Source: Lytechinus pictus (Eukaryota). Taken from it: DNA of 64,000 nucleotides. The position numbers and the translations under genes were made by a program. The stretch is taken from positions 6,636,001 to 6,700,000 of the forward strand of contig NC_087250.1 of assembly GCF_037042905.1 (NCBI RefSeq). Direction: 5' to 3'. Under the pieces are notes generated by a model. It was not told where the DNA came from and searched no databases. It worked only from the letters and a program-made list of their open reading frames with translations. This document shows positions 1 through 12,128 of the stretch, piece after piece (within the stretch, counting starts at the first letter, position 1; each line of letters begins with the position of its first letter).

Positions 1-429
1 CGTATTCGATATGGCTGTTGGCTGTGAGAAAACCAAAATCACAGAGCAGTAAGTGGAACGCGAGTTTTCGATTTCGTTTTCGCTGTGTGCGTTTTTCCAA
101 ACAGAATCACCGAGCGGAAAGCCTATTCTTATTTTTTATGATATATAAAACACAAATCTAGAATGAGAAATCAGAAACAGCCCCAAAGTATTTCTGATTT
201 AGATTTTCTGTTTTTCATCTAAAAGAACGAAATCACAACAAGTTTTTATCGTTGTGATTTAGTTTTTGTGTTTTCAAAGACCGAACCGCGGTGCTGATTT
301 CCGTTTTTGCTCTGCGATGATTGGAAAGGAAAAACGAATTATCCATTAGTACCCTGATTTGGCTGCCCGGTTCTGAGCTCGTTCAAGCCGTTGGATGTTT
401 GCCGAAGGTGTACCAACTAACAGAGAGTT

Positions 430-1030
430 TGCATATTCAATTCTTGATGTAATCAAATCTCTCACAGCATGCTTACATGCATCCTTATACGAGCTTTATA
501 TGAGAGATGAAAGGGATAAAACACGGCGACTTATCTTCAATAGGTGTGATAATGTACACCTTCATGTCTGACATGGGTTATGTATACAAACCAAAAAGCT
601 GCGGACTGACTACCGATCCCTGTGGAACACCCAAATGGAGGGAAACTGATTCTGAGAACTTATTCGCGACCTTTAGCCTGAAACTACGATTATACGACAG
701 GTAAGAATCGAACCGAGATTTCACACTCCCATAGATGCCGAATTGACAAGTGAGACGATTCAGTAAAAATTCATGGTCGACGGAGTCAAATGCAGCAGAG
801 AGGTCTAGAAAGAAAACAAAGTTTGTTGCCTATCGCTCGTCGCTCGAAGTATGTCATGATGAACTATAAGAAAACAGTCTCTGTACTATGGTCACGTCGG
901 TAGGCTGACTGATTTTGAACATTCAGATAATTTGTATCCAGATAGTCCACGATTTGGGACAAAGCAGCCATCTTGATGATTTTGGAAACAAATGAAACAT
1001 TAGAGATATGTCAGTAATTTTTCAAATTTC
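430..1030 (-). pseudogene. Degenerate non-LTR retrotransposon (L2/CR1-group) reverse transcriptase fragment
   Basis: Minus-strand reading gives LKNY*HISNVSFVSKII, QSAYRRDHSTETVFLIVHHDIL, LDLSAAFDSVDH (about 773-808) and LGVPQGSVVSPQLF (about 594-635), which are typical L2/CR1 RT motifs, with in-frame stops. Boundaries are approximate. Confidence 0.85.
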
Positions 1031-1039
1031 AAAGTTGTG

Positions 1040-2662
1040 GTGGGAATCAACATATACCACCAACCTTTGACCTTAGTCATGTGACTTGAAACCTAAATAG
1101 ACAAGAAGTTTATTATAACTTGATCACCCTTATGTTCAAGTTTTGCGAACTAGGTTCGTATACTTTCCAAGCTATAATGACATTTCAAAAACTTAACCTT
1201 GATTCCCCAACACGATCTAAGTTCATTGACCCTAAATGACCTTTAGTAATGCTTGATGACCATTATGTCCAAATTTCACAAACTAGACCTATCTACCTTT
1301 AACATGATTAAAGGTTGTGATGAAATTTCAAAAACTTAACCACTGGTGAAGATTTTATGTTGACGCCGCCGCACAGTGGGCCAGAATGAGTTGAAAGTGC
1401 GCCAAAATTATATTCCGTATTAGATTTTTATTTTAACATGTTCATTATGGGTAATTTGGGGCGTAGAATCGAATGAACATAATTTAAAGCCGATATGACG
1501 TCACCTTGATACCAAATTTTGATTGGCTACTTAAAACCTAGCTGTGAAAAGACAAATTACGCTAAACAATGTGTAGTATATAAACTTTGTGTTATGTGCT
1601 ACTTTAAGATTGACCAGAGTGAATGTTGGTTTATGCTTCTCACATTCCTAAAAAGTGTGTATGAGATGCCGAAAATTATTTTATGGCATCAAAACGATAA
1701 TTAATAAATTTATATAAAAAAAAGCCTTTAAAATCTGAAAATATCAACCGTGCTTTATCGAGCTGTGTTGACTTGTGAAAAACACAGAGTATATAACACC
1801 ACGAATGTATCACTATGAGGAGTGTTTTTGGCTGAAATTATTCTACAAGTAAGTTTTATCTCTGGGAGAGTTGTGGATATAGCCCTTATTTGCGTTGGCA
1901 ACCTTTATTTTGTTTACATTATGCCCGGAATTCATGTAATTTTCATGGAATGGAAGGGGAATCGTCCTAGCCTTGCAAAAGCGTACGGCAATGTACACCC
2001 ATACGGTGCGCTACGATGACTGCGCGGTATAAAAATGACCGTTTTTGAACAGGTTTTTGGGGTGTTGTGTCAAGTAAAATCGGCTCTCACATGAAAACGG
2101 GCAAAAACGGGCAGCTAAATTTGGTATCGATTTAAAGCTTAGACATCGGAAAAAATTATGCTTATAGAATTTAGACGGAAAACCACGGAAATCTAAACGT
2201 TTCTAATGTAAATGCAAAAAAATGGATTTTCAGCCTATTTCGAGGAATAATCATCCTATTAACCACCTGAAAGGTGTCTTTATCTACTTTGAACCCTTTC
2301 ACACTAAAAATGAATATATCAGGATTATGTGGGAGCCCTTTCAGATTCCTACATGAAAAACCTCTTGTGAAATGGCCTGTTTTTCAACTAGGTTGTCATA
2401 TACGCGACATTTCGCAAAATGTCACATTTTACGATTTGAGGTAGGAAATTAACAACCTTTATGCAAATTCCAGAATGAAATATTTTGCTGAAGCATTCTT
2501 CAAAGTGTTGTCTTTCAGCTGGGCATGACAAAAAATAAAAATCAGAAATTGCCCAAAATGACTTTTGGCGCACTTTTGTTTCACCCCGGCCCACTGTGCG
2601 CCGTCACTGCCGTGTCAAAAGCGGCGACTATAGTCTTGCTCTGCTATGCAGACGAAACAAAA
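1040..2662 (-). mobile_element. Helentron/HINE-like non-autonomous repeat fragment, split by the CACAGTG element
   Basis: The reverse complement of 2599-2662 begins TTTTGTTTCGTCTGCATAGCAGAGCAAGACTATAG (T-rich start plus short hairpin), followed by a GGC-type microsatellite. The body at 1040-1370 has repeated GACCTTT/AAAACTTAACC modules. Confidence 0.4.
1372..2598. mobile_element. Non-autonomous Transib/RAG-like DNA transposon (1227 bp)
   Basis: Both ends read CACAGTGGGCC-(11 nt, different)-AAAGTGCGCCAAAA. Exact 5-bp GC-rich TSD CGCCG at 1367-1371 and 2599-2603. No transposase ORF. Confidence 0.85.
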
Positions 2663-2881
2663 TGAATAAAACGGTAAAAACGCCGCGGGGTAATTGTGAC
2701 TGAGGTATAAGATATTAATGGTTTCATGCTATAACTAGATATATCCCAATTGGAAATGTACTTTTTCATCTAGCAATTTGCTATTGGAATATATATATGT
2801 ATACTTGCTTCAAAACGTGTCATTTATTCCTCTAGTTGGCATGCAAGTTTGAAATATGTTTCATGTTCTATTTTCTTATAG

Positions 2882-2941
2882 GTAAATACTTACAATCTAA
2901 AGATGAACTGAGCAACCAAGAGGCAGTACCCGGCGATTCAG
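2882..2941 (+). CDS. Putative 60-bp phase 1-1 coding exon (KYLQSKDELSNQEAVPGDS), possibly a linker exon of the NLR gene
   Basis: Pyrimidine tract and AG acceptor (ttttcttatag), CAG/GTAAAC donor, open frame, lies between transposons. Its phase matches the phase-1 acceptor of the NACHT exon at 35431. Confidence 0.4.
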
Positions 2942-3899
2942 GTAAACTAGAAATACTGTCTTTTTCATTTCTTAGCCTTCCTTTTCGAAATTTATGGACG
3001 TTTCTCTTTTCTTTAATAAAAAAATTGCACTACGATCAAGCAGATATTCATCATCATGAATATATCCCCATTCCATTTTACATAATACTACTACTAATAA
3101 TAATTAGACTGATATCGCGCCAAATCCACTCTGTAGAGTGCTCAAGGCGCTTTTTAGGAAATTATAAAAGAAATTAAGAATTAAAGAGAAATGTTTTAAG
3201 GTAATGTTTGAAAGTTTCAGAGGTCAAGCACTATTTGATGTTTTCAGGGAGGCTATTCCATAACTTAGAAGATTAGTAAACAAATGATCCCCCCCCCCCA
3301 TCTACCTCTCTTCATTGTTCTTATACAATCGATGACTTATCACTTAGTGGTGCCGTATTTTTCTTCTGCAATTTTATCTTATTTTTGTATTATTTTTAAC
3401 ACTTTTTGATGCACTTTCTATTTTAGATTCTTTTTAAGGACGTTCCACAGTTAAAATGAAGTCCATGTCATTTTCACCAAATTTTGCAGAGAGTTACGTT
3501 GGTATCTAAACATTATGAAAATGCAAAAAAATAATATAGGTTCATGTGCTTATTTTTTTTCTACGGGTCTTCAAAGTCGCCGTATTTGAATGATATGAAA
3601 TGTTGCGCAATCAAGAGAATTATGCCTCTCTTAGACCTCACAAATTCACCAAATGAGTTTAAGTCATCTTTACTCAGTGGATAACGCATCAAACTTCATC
3701 AAACTTTCAGAATGTGTAACTTAGTAGATACCAAAGTAAGAGAAAGCCTTTTAATTAGTAAAACTATATCTATTTGGAGTCAGCAGCGCCCTCATTTGGC
3801 AAAAATGGTGCAAAAACTCGGAAAAAACAAATCTTCAAAGAGTGACGTGAATCTATTCAAAAATCAAAAAATATATATTTTGTAAGCTGCACTTTTTTC

Positions 3900-4742
3900 A
3901 AAATCCACGTCATTTTCATCAAATTCTGCTAAATTGTAGATGGTGTAGGGAAGTTAACAATATGGGGTCCATGTGCTCGTTTTTTTAACTATGAGTGTCT
4001 AAAGTGATGCAAGTTGGCTTGAAAATCGCCTAAAGTGCGCCGAAAACGTGCAAAAGTCTAATAATACCGTCTAAAATGCGAATGGTTCCGTAGTTCACTC
4101 CCAAAAATTCAAAATCCATGTCATTTTCATCATACTCTCTAAATTTGTAGAGGAAAATATTCTAAAGCCGTTAAAATATTTAAAATATAGAGTCCGTGTG
4201 CTTGTTTTTTTAATTATCAGGGTCCAAACTGTTGCGAGTTGGCTTGAAAATCGCCTAAAGTGCGCCGAATTCGCCGAAAGCGTGCAAAAGTCTAATAATA
4301 CCGTCTAAAATGCGAATGGTCTTGTATTTCGCTCCCAAACATTCAAAATCCATGTCATTTTCATCATACTCTCTAAATTTGTAAAGGAATATATTCTAAA
4401 GCCGTTAAAATATAAAAAATATAGGGTCCATGTGCTAATTTTTTAGTTATCAGTGTCCAAACTGTTGCGAGTTGGCTTGAAAATCGCCTAAATGCGCCGA
4501 AAACGTGCAAAGGTATAATAATACCGTCTAAAATGCGAATAGGGCCGAATTTTGCTCCCAAACATTCAAAATCCATGTCATTTTCATCATACTCTCTGAA
4601 TTTGTAGAGGAATATATTTTAAAGCCGTTAAAATAAATAAATAATAAATAAATAAATAAATAAATAATAAATAAATAAATAAATATTAAATAAATAATAA
4701 ATAAATAATAACAATAATAAATAATAAATAATAAATAATAAG

Positions 4743-4781
<39 letters not shown>

Positions 4782-5700
4782 AATTAAAAAAAATATAGGG
4801 TCTATGTGCTCGTTTTTTAGTTATCAGTGTCCAAACTGTTGCGAGTTGGCTTGAAAATCGCCTTAATGCGCCGGAAACGTGCAAAAGTCTAATAATACCG
4901 TCTAAAATGCGAATGGTTCCCGTATTTTGCCCCCAAACATTCAAAATCCATGTCATTTTCATCATACTCTCTGAATTTGTAGAGGAATATATTCTAAAGC
5001 CGTTAAAAAAAATATATATATAGGGTCCATGTGCTCGTTTTTAAACTATCAGTGTCCAAAGTGTTGCAAGTTGGCTTGAAAATATTGAAATCCACCTAAA
5101 ATGCGCCGAAAACGTGCAAAAGTCTAGTAATAGTACCGTCTAAAATGCAAATAGGTCCGTAGTTTTGCTCCCAAACATTCAAAATCCATGTCATTTTCAT
5201 CATACTCTCTAGATTTACAGAAGAATAAATTCTGATGACGTTAAAATATGAAAAACATGGGGTCCATGTGCTCATTTTTAAGCTATTAGTGTCTAAACCG
5301 TTGCGAGTTGGCTTGAAACACCCTAAAATGCGCCGAAATCAAGTAAAAGTCTGATAATACCGTCCAAAGTGTCTAAAATACGAATGGTTCCGTAGTTCTG
5401 CTCCCAAACATTCAAAACCCATGTCATTTTCATTATACTCTCTAGATTTGTAGAAGAATATATTCTGAAGAAGTTAAGACATTTAAATTATGGGGTCCAG
5501 GTGCTCGTTTTCAAATTATCAGTGTCCAAAATATTGCGAGTTGGCTTGAAACAGCCCAAAATGCGTTGAAAACAAGCACAAGTCTGTTGATATACCGTCT
5601 AAAATGCGAGTAGTTCCGCAGTCTTGTTCCTAAACATTGAAAATCCATGTCATTTTCATCATACTTTGCACAAAGATACTTTAGCACCTGAATATTCCAA
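3900..5700. repeat. Tandem array of about 8 units of about 215-240 bp inside K1
   Basis: The marker AAATCCATGTCATTTTCATCATACTCTCT recurs near 3901, 4113, 4346, 4568, 4944, 5182, 5415 and 5641. One unit carries an (AAAT)n expansion at about 4630-4785. Confidence 0.9.
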
Positions 5701-6355
5701 ATATACAAAAATTAACATGTGTCCATGTGCTTGATTTTTTGCTATAGGGCTTCAAAGTTAACCCAAAATGGATGTTCTTAACTCTTACTGTGACAGTACG
5801 AATACCCCTTGACTGCCAGGGGTATTCGAGGGAATCCTAAATTGACCGAAACGTAAGCAGAGACTGATTTTAAAACGGTCATAACTCTTTACCCGTACAT
5901 TGTATAATGAAACCTTCTACACATGAAATCATGCATGGTTCAAGGTTTTTATGATCGTGTTATTATCTTTCTTATTCGCGTTTTTTTTAAATGAGAAAAA
6001 ATGTAATATTTTACTTTTGTTTTTTTCAATAAGTAAAACCTATAAATTATAATTTCATGAACATTTCAACGAGCAAATAACCTGATGAATTGTAGAGATA
6101 CCAAAAATTAAGAAGATAAAATAAAAGTTAAATGTTTACCCTTTTAAATGACGTAGATATTGATGAAATTGAACGAACAGACATAACAAAAAATAATGCT
6201 CTTTTGAATGAAATACTATTTTGGCTATTTAAGTTGCTTCCTCTGAAGAATACACACACAATTAAAAGCGTTCTTTTCCAAAAAAGAGCATCGTTTTCGA
6301 TCAAGTGACCAATCACAGAACAGCTGTGATCCCCACGCGAACACACACAATAATA

Positions 6356-8251
6356 CACTACTCAAAAAAAGTTAAGGACCACTTTTTAATGTGTGTATAC
6401 AATTTTCAAACCGGGTGTTGTATTTCTAGAAATACCCGAATATGGCTGTCTTGAATCTCCTCAAACACCCTGTAACAATTTCACACATTGGTGGTTTCAG
6501 TTGTTGCATGATGTCTCTCGCATTATTGCATATCCTGAAAAGTGGGCCCATTGTGAAGTGGTACAAATGTGGATTCAAATGCATTTTCTGTCTTTAGTCT
6601 CTACAATCAACAAATTGCTGACAACAGCAATGCCAAGATACAGCTGTCCAGGATGCCATCAAACACAGTGAAATCAATTTCACACATGCAGTTCTTTCAT
6701 GTCTCTTGCATCATTGCAATGTGCCCGTACAAAAGTGGCTTCCAAAGCATTTTCTGTCTTTAGTCTCTACAATCAACAACTTGCTGACAATAGCAATGCC
6801 AAGATACAGCTGTCCAGAATGCCATCAAACACAATGACATCAATTTCACACATGCAGTTCTTTCATGATGTCTCTGGCATCATTGCAGTGGGCCATAAGA
6901 CAAGTGTCTTCCAAAGCATTTTCCGTCTTTAGTCTGTACAATCAACAACTTGCCTACAACAGCAATGCCAAGACACCACCTAAGTGAAACAGATGTAGCC
7001 AGAGCCCTAGGGATGCTGGAAGCTGGCCTCAGTCAGCGAAGAGTAGCCAGAATGATGGGCGTGTCACACAGTGTCATTAGCAGAGCAAATCAAAGACACC
7101 GAGAGACAGGGCTATACTCCGAGAGACCCCGCAGTGGCCGACCAGTTTCGACAACCCCTAGAGATGATCGCTACTTGACGAATCTCAGCCTCCGCAACCG
7201 CTTTCACAGTGCACGCCGCCTCAACAATGACTTCGCTGCAGCAACTGGAGTGATTGTTTCCACTCAAACAATCCGTAACCGACTTCACAGAGCCAATATG
7301 CATGCCAGACGGCCAGCTCAGTGTGTCCTACTCACCCCTGCTCACAGAAGAATTCGTCTCAACTGGGCCCGGGAGCATGTCAGATGGACCAGACAGCAAT
7401 GGCGTAGAGTTCTGTTCACAGATGAGAGCAGATTTTTCCTTGACCACAATGATGGACGTTCGAGAGTCTGGAGGCGACCAGGAGAGAGATTTGCAGACCC
7501 CTGTATTGCAGAACATGACCGTTATGGGGGAGGCAGCGTCGTGGTGTGGGGAGGCATCACCTACGCCAACCGTACTCGTCTCTACGTGGTCCCAGGGGGA
7601 GCAATGACAGGAGTGAGGTACAGGGATGAGGTCCTTGAACCTATAGTGGTGCCATTTGCAGAAAATGTGGGACAAAACATCATTTTCATGGATGACAATG
7701 CCCGTGCCCACCGAGCTAGGGTGGTGACCGAGTTCCTTGAGGGCCAGGGGATTGAGCGTATGGAGTGGCCAGCGAGGTCCCCGGACTTAAACCCGATAGA
7801 GCACGTCTGGGACATGATGGGGAGGAGTCTCGAGCAGCTCGAAGCCCATCCACTTAGACTGCAGCAGCTGGGTGTGGCTCTGGAGGCTGCATGGGATGCA
7901 CTGGACGTCAGAGACATCAATCGCCTCATCAGCTCCATGAGACAGCGCTGTGAAGCCGTTATTGCTGCAGGAGGTGGTCACACTCGTTACTGAACTGCCT
8001 GAAAGACACTCAGACATTCGTTTTTACCACTTCATGTCGGTAGCTGATACCCCTCGGGGCCCACTTTTCAGGATGTGCAGTGATGCGAGAGACATTGTGC
8101 AACAACTGAAACCACCCATGCGTGAAATTGATTACAGCGTGTTTAAGGACATTTGGGACAGTTGTACTGAGGTATTTCCAGAAATAAAACACCTTGTATA
8201 AAATTTTTATGTACGTTTTAAAAAGTGGTCCTTAACTTTTTTTGAGTAGTG
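6356..8251 (+). mobile_element. Full-length Tc1/mariner (DD34E) transposon, 1896 bp
   Basis: TA|CACTACTCAAAAAAAGTTAAGGACCACTTTTTAA ... TTAAAAAGTGGTCCTTAACTTTTTTTGAGTAGTG|TA. Imperfect inverted repeats extend about 200 bp. The empty site is present in P2 near 21395. Confidence 0.97.
6965..7993 (+). CDS. Tc1-family transposase, 342 aa, apparently intact
   Basis: ATG at 6965 (MPRHHL...), HTH region, GRP motif, FTDESRF, FMDDNARAH and SPDLNPIEHVW, with 34 residues between the second D and E. No stops or frameshifts. Confidence 0.97.
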   Translation: MPRHHLSETDVARALGMLEAGLSQRRVARMMGVSHSVISRANQRHRETGLYSERPRSGRPVSTTPRDDRYLTNLSLRNRFHSARRLNNDFAAATGVIVSTQTIRNRLHRANMHARRPAQCVLLTPAHRRIRLNWAREHVRWTRQQWRRVLFTDESRFFLDHNDGRSRVWRRPGERFADPCIAEHDRYGGGSVVVWGGITYANRTRLYVVPGGAMTGVRYRDEVLEPIVVPFAENVGQNIIFMDDNARAHRARVVTEFLEGQGIERMEWPARSPDLNPIEHVWDMMGRSLEQLEAHPLRLQQLGVALEAAWDALDVRDINRLISSMRQRCEAVIAAGGGHTRY

Positions 8252-9034
8252 TATATTAGAACCCTGTATCTTCAAAGTGTGGCCAACCGTAAACTTTCAT
8301 TCGTGTAGTCTTCAAAATAAGACCCTGTGGTTTCTTTTTATTCGTAGTGTAACAAACAAAGTTATTGCCAGTCAGAAGGAGACAAAATATAAATTTAAAG
8401 ATGATATATCAAAATATAGATAAAGAGGAATCGGACAGGTTCACTACTAACAAGTTTGTGGTATAAAATCCCACAAAATGATATGGGCGTTCTTGGCAAA
8501 GTACAAAAAAGCTAGAAAAAAAAGGTTATTTTTCGTGAATCAAGGAAGAGGAAATGCAGATCAGTTACAAAAAAAAAATCAATACAAATTTTCAAAAAAA
8601 GAAAATATGCCTATTTGTTCTGTATTACTGGTCTGACCAATGTAGCCACCTGTTAACATTCTCCCCGACTACATTCTTTTGTTCATGCCACCAAGTCATG
8701 AACAATAGATGTCCAGACTCTCTTTCATGAGGAATCTCTAATCCGCGCTCCCTCCTGACCTATTATCTAGAAGCAATTTAGCACAGGATGTTCTTAAAAA
8801 TCGGGGCTCACGCACGTCTTTTGATTTGACTATTCAATACTTTCAAAGGTTCCGATATTTCTTTCTTTTTACATTTTACTTTTTTGTGGGTGACCCAGGT
8901 AAAAAGAAAACAATTAGCCCCCCCCCCCCCCCTACATAAAAATCCGGCATCCACCCATGGTCTCCCCAGCTCGTAGCACTATCCGTGGTAAAAAAAGAAT
9001 AATTTGTTCAGATAACATGATGTACAATATATAA

Positions 9035-9234
9035 ATGCCTGGTCACACCGCCCGAGCGTTGTTGGAGCAGAGAGAAAAAAATCATCACCGCTCGCTACTG
9101 TTCACCATTTTCGATTTCGACTGTTTTTTTTTTTGTTTTTTTTTCGATTCCCCAATTTTGTGAGCAAAATTCGACCCTCTCTCCCTACCGCTCCACGACC
9201 GCTCCAGCAACGCTCGGGCGGTGTGACCAAGCCT
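9035..9234. mobile_element. PIF/Harbinger-like MITE (200 bp)
   Basis: About 34-bp TIR GCCTGGTCACACCGCCCGAGCGTTGTTGGAGC with TAA on both sides. Absent from the paralogous sequence near 20390-20420. Confidence 0.75.
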
Positions 9235-9829
9235 TAAGAAATTTAATATTCAACCCGTTATCGTCATCATTTGTATTTCTACTCTCTAAAGTCGTTTTAA
9301 AATTTCCTTGATAGTAAAGTCAATGCAGCAACTAACAGGTCGGTCTGATCGGTTTTGTTAATGTAACTGGCAGCTGTCCCGCCCTATCCCTTTCTTTTTT
9401 TTCCTCAAAACATCTGATATTGCTGTACATACTCCGTTTACATTTTTTATTACCAATGGTTGGATTTAGTAAAGGAAAAACATCCACTTTGAAAAAAAGA
9501 GATAAATCTTTAACGGAATAAAGCGTTATTATCGGCAGTTTTAATTATCACATTTTTTGCTTCTTCCTATTTTATTCGAGGAGAATATTGAACGATTCAT
9601 ATCTTTGTGAGAAGTTTGAATATGATACTGATAAGCATACCAATGTCAATCATTTCTTTAAAAAATGGTTTGGGTTATAAAAAGACAAGCGAATATGACC
9701 CGTTATTTACTAGATCTTAAGTTTATGAAGAGAGAGTTTGGCTGCAGAAGAAATGCAATTGATATGATCACAACAATTATTTGTGAATAATAATCATAAT
9801 GATGATGACTCTGATCACAATAACATTAA

Positions 9830-10343
9830 AGGGATTAAAGGAAAATATTCATATCTTTATACATTAGTAATATTTTATGAAAAAGAGTCGTCATGAATAT
9901 TCATTAGGTGGGCTGGTGATGTCACATCCCCACTTTCCGTTTTCTTATGTTATTACATAAAACCATAATTATTTCATCATTTCATACTTGTGTGAATAAT
10001 ATGTCTCCCTTATAATGAAATAAATATCTAATGCATTAAACCAGTTGTCTAATATTTAATGCATTAAATCAGTTGTCAATTCAATTTTTCTAGTGCTTGG
10101 AGGAAAAAAGATTGAATAAACCTAATTTTATATAATAAAATACAAAAGAACAAGTGGAGATGTGACATCATCAGCCCACCTAATGAATATTCATGACAAC
10201 TGCTTTCACAAAATATTGCTAAACTTTAAAATTCAATAACTTTGTTATTGTGTTATCCGATTTTGATGAACATTTTTAGTATTTTGCTCAGTGAATTATG
10301 CTCTATTTATAAAACTATAATACTTTCAGCCCAGACAATCCCG
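9830..10343. mobile_element. Kolobok-like MITE, left end partly deleted
   Basis: TTAA|AGGGAT ... CAATCCCG|TTAA, with an internal inverted pair at 9887-9931 and 10156-10200. Its right part is also present in P2 (32725-32860). Absent from the paralogous 34840-34850 site. Confidence 0.6.
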
Positions 10344-12078
10344 TTAATAATAATAATAAGAAGGTGAAGGAGAAGAATAATGATAATAATAATTACAATA
10401 ACAATAACAATAATGATAATAATGATTATGATAATAGTCATACTAATAATGATAATAATAATAACAATAATAAATGAATAAATAAATAATCAGTGTGATG
10501 ATTGTAGTGCGCAGACGAGAGTTGGAAATGACAGCCTTCTTCACTCATATTCATAACGAGAACAATTTTTTGAGAATGGTAAAAACAAAGTACAAGACCT
10601 TTCCCCCGCCCAACCGCCCACCCCCCCCCCCCCTCCCCTCCCCCTCAAAAAAAAAATTAATAAATGAAAAAAAATTCACAAATCGTGCACATTTGCAGGC
10701 AGAAAAAAGCCTTGACACAAGAATACTACCATACCGGCCTGCAAAAGACCCGGTCGATAGCTCATGAATATTCATGTGACAATAGCGAATGGTCGAGTAG
10801 TGTTAGGTGAGGAACATCGTACCGCTCTGTCATTGGTCAATTCCGAGCTGAATGCCCTCGCACATTCGCCTTTGCTCTGCCCATAGAAGTACGTGTATTG
10901 CTACACACAACCGTTATATCACACGTGTCTATAGGGGAAATCTTGATTCAGATCGCGGCAATATCCGAAATCAACTCTTCAAAATAATGATGCAAAAATA
11001 CAATTTAACTAAAAAAATGTCTATTTAAACCACTATATTTTATATATGATAAAATGAATTGTGAATTCCTTGCCAGTATAACAACATAAAAAAAACACAG
11101 AACATGGTGTTGATTTTCTGGCTGTAAAATTGGTTAAACAAAAAAAAAGTTACTTGGGCACGTATACGTGCCAATGGCATTAGAGTTATAAGGGCACAAA
11201 TAGCTGTCAATGGCTCTTAAAGAGTTAAGAATTGTGCATTCAAAAGTATTTGGCATATTTAGACCTCACGAGATCACAACAATGAGTTTAAAGCTATATT
11301 ACTCAGTCAAAATCCATGAAGATTTCATCAAATTTTGTAATATGATTAACAATTGTATCCGTAAGATGGATAATTTATTTATATTGCTGGCAATTGTTTG
11401 CTCATTAAAGTCTAACAACACTCTTAGTTCTCAGAAATTGCGGGAAAGATACCCAACGTCAAACATTTCCAATTTCAATAACAAACTTGAGAAGTAAAAG
11501 ATATGCTGCACTTTAGTCAAAACCCATGTCATTTTCACCATACTTTATAAAGTTGTAGAGGAAGGTATACCAAAGAGGTGCAAACATATAAAATATGGGT
11601 TCATGTGCTAGTTTTCAAACTATCAGCACTCTTATTAGAGCAAATTTGCTTCTTAAACACCCGAAAACGCGCCAAAAGCTTTGTATCTATGTGAGGAAAA
11701 ATTCCGAACCACTTTTCCATTTATTCAAACTTGGGATCATATTCATCATACTTTGCAGCACTACAGAGAAACTATTTTGAAATTGTGGAATAATTGAGGA
11801 ATAAAAAAAAATGGTCCATGGAATAATTCTAGTTTATTAGCTTCATAAAATAACACATCAGATCTGAAGTTAGTGCAGGTAAGGAGAAAACTCAGCTCAC
11901 ATTACTTACAGCTAGCTGGTTAAATCACCAGTTCATCCATTGTGACGTCAGCGCGCAGAATGTAAAATATGCGCAGATCATGATGCACACAAACATAACT
12001 TTGGAACGTCCTTAAAGCAATAATTAAGGAAATGGATACAATGAAAGCAGCAGTCTGCAATGAGTAATCCCAAATATA

Positions 12079-12128
<50 letters not shown>

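Larger units (their letters stand above)
5782..11224 (+). mobile_element. piggyBac-like non-autonomous element, copy P1
   Basis: TTAA|CTCTT ... AAGAG|TTAA. The empty site GGATGTTCTTAAGAATTG is seen in K2 (reverse complement, about 34136-34156). Both ends are colinear with copy P2. Confidence 0.8.
3438..12011 (+). mobile_element. Kolobok-like non-autonomous DNA transposon, copy K1, with nested insertions
   Basis: TTAA|GGACGTTCCACAGTTA ... TAACTTTGGAACGTCC|TTAA: 16-bp TIR with 1 mismatch, TTAA TSD, RR..YY termini. Homologous to the inverted copy at 20481-34303. Confidence 0.8.

Noticed and set aside
507..704. 65-aa + strand ORF
   Set aside because: Antisense shadow of the LINE RT (TDPCGTP is the reverse of GVPQGS).
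7112..8201. Several overlapping ORFs in other frames of the Tc1 element
   Set aside because: Shadow frames of a GC-richer transposase gene and its inverted repeat, with no recognisable motifs.
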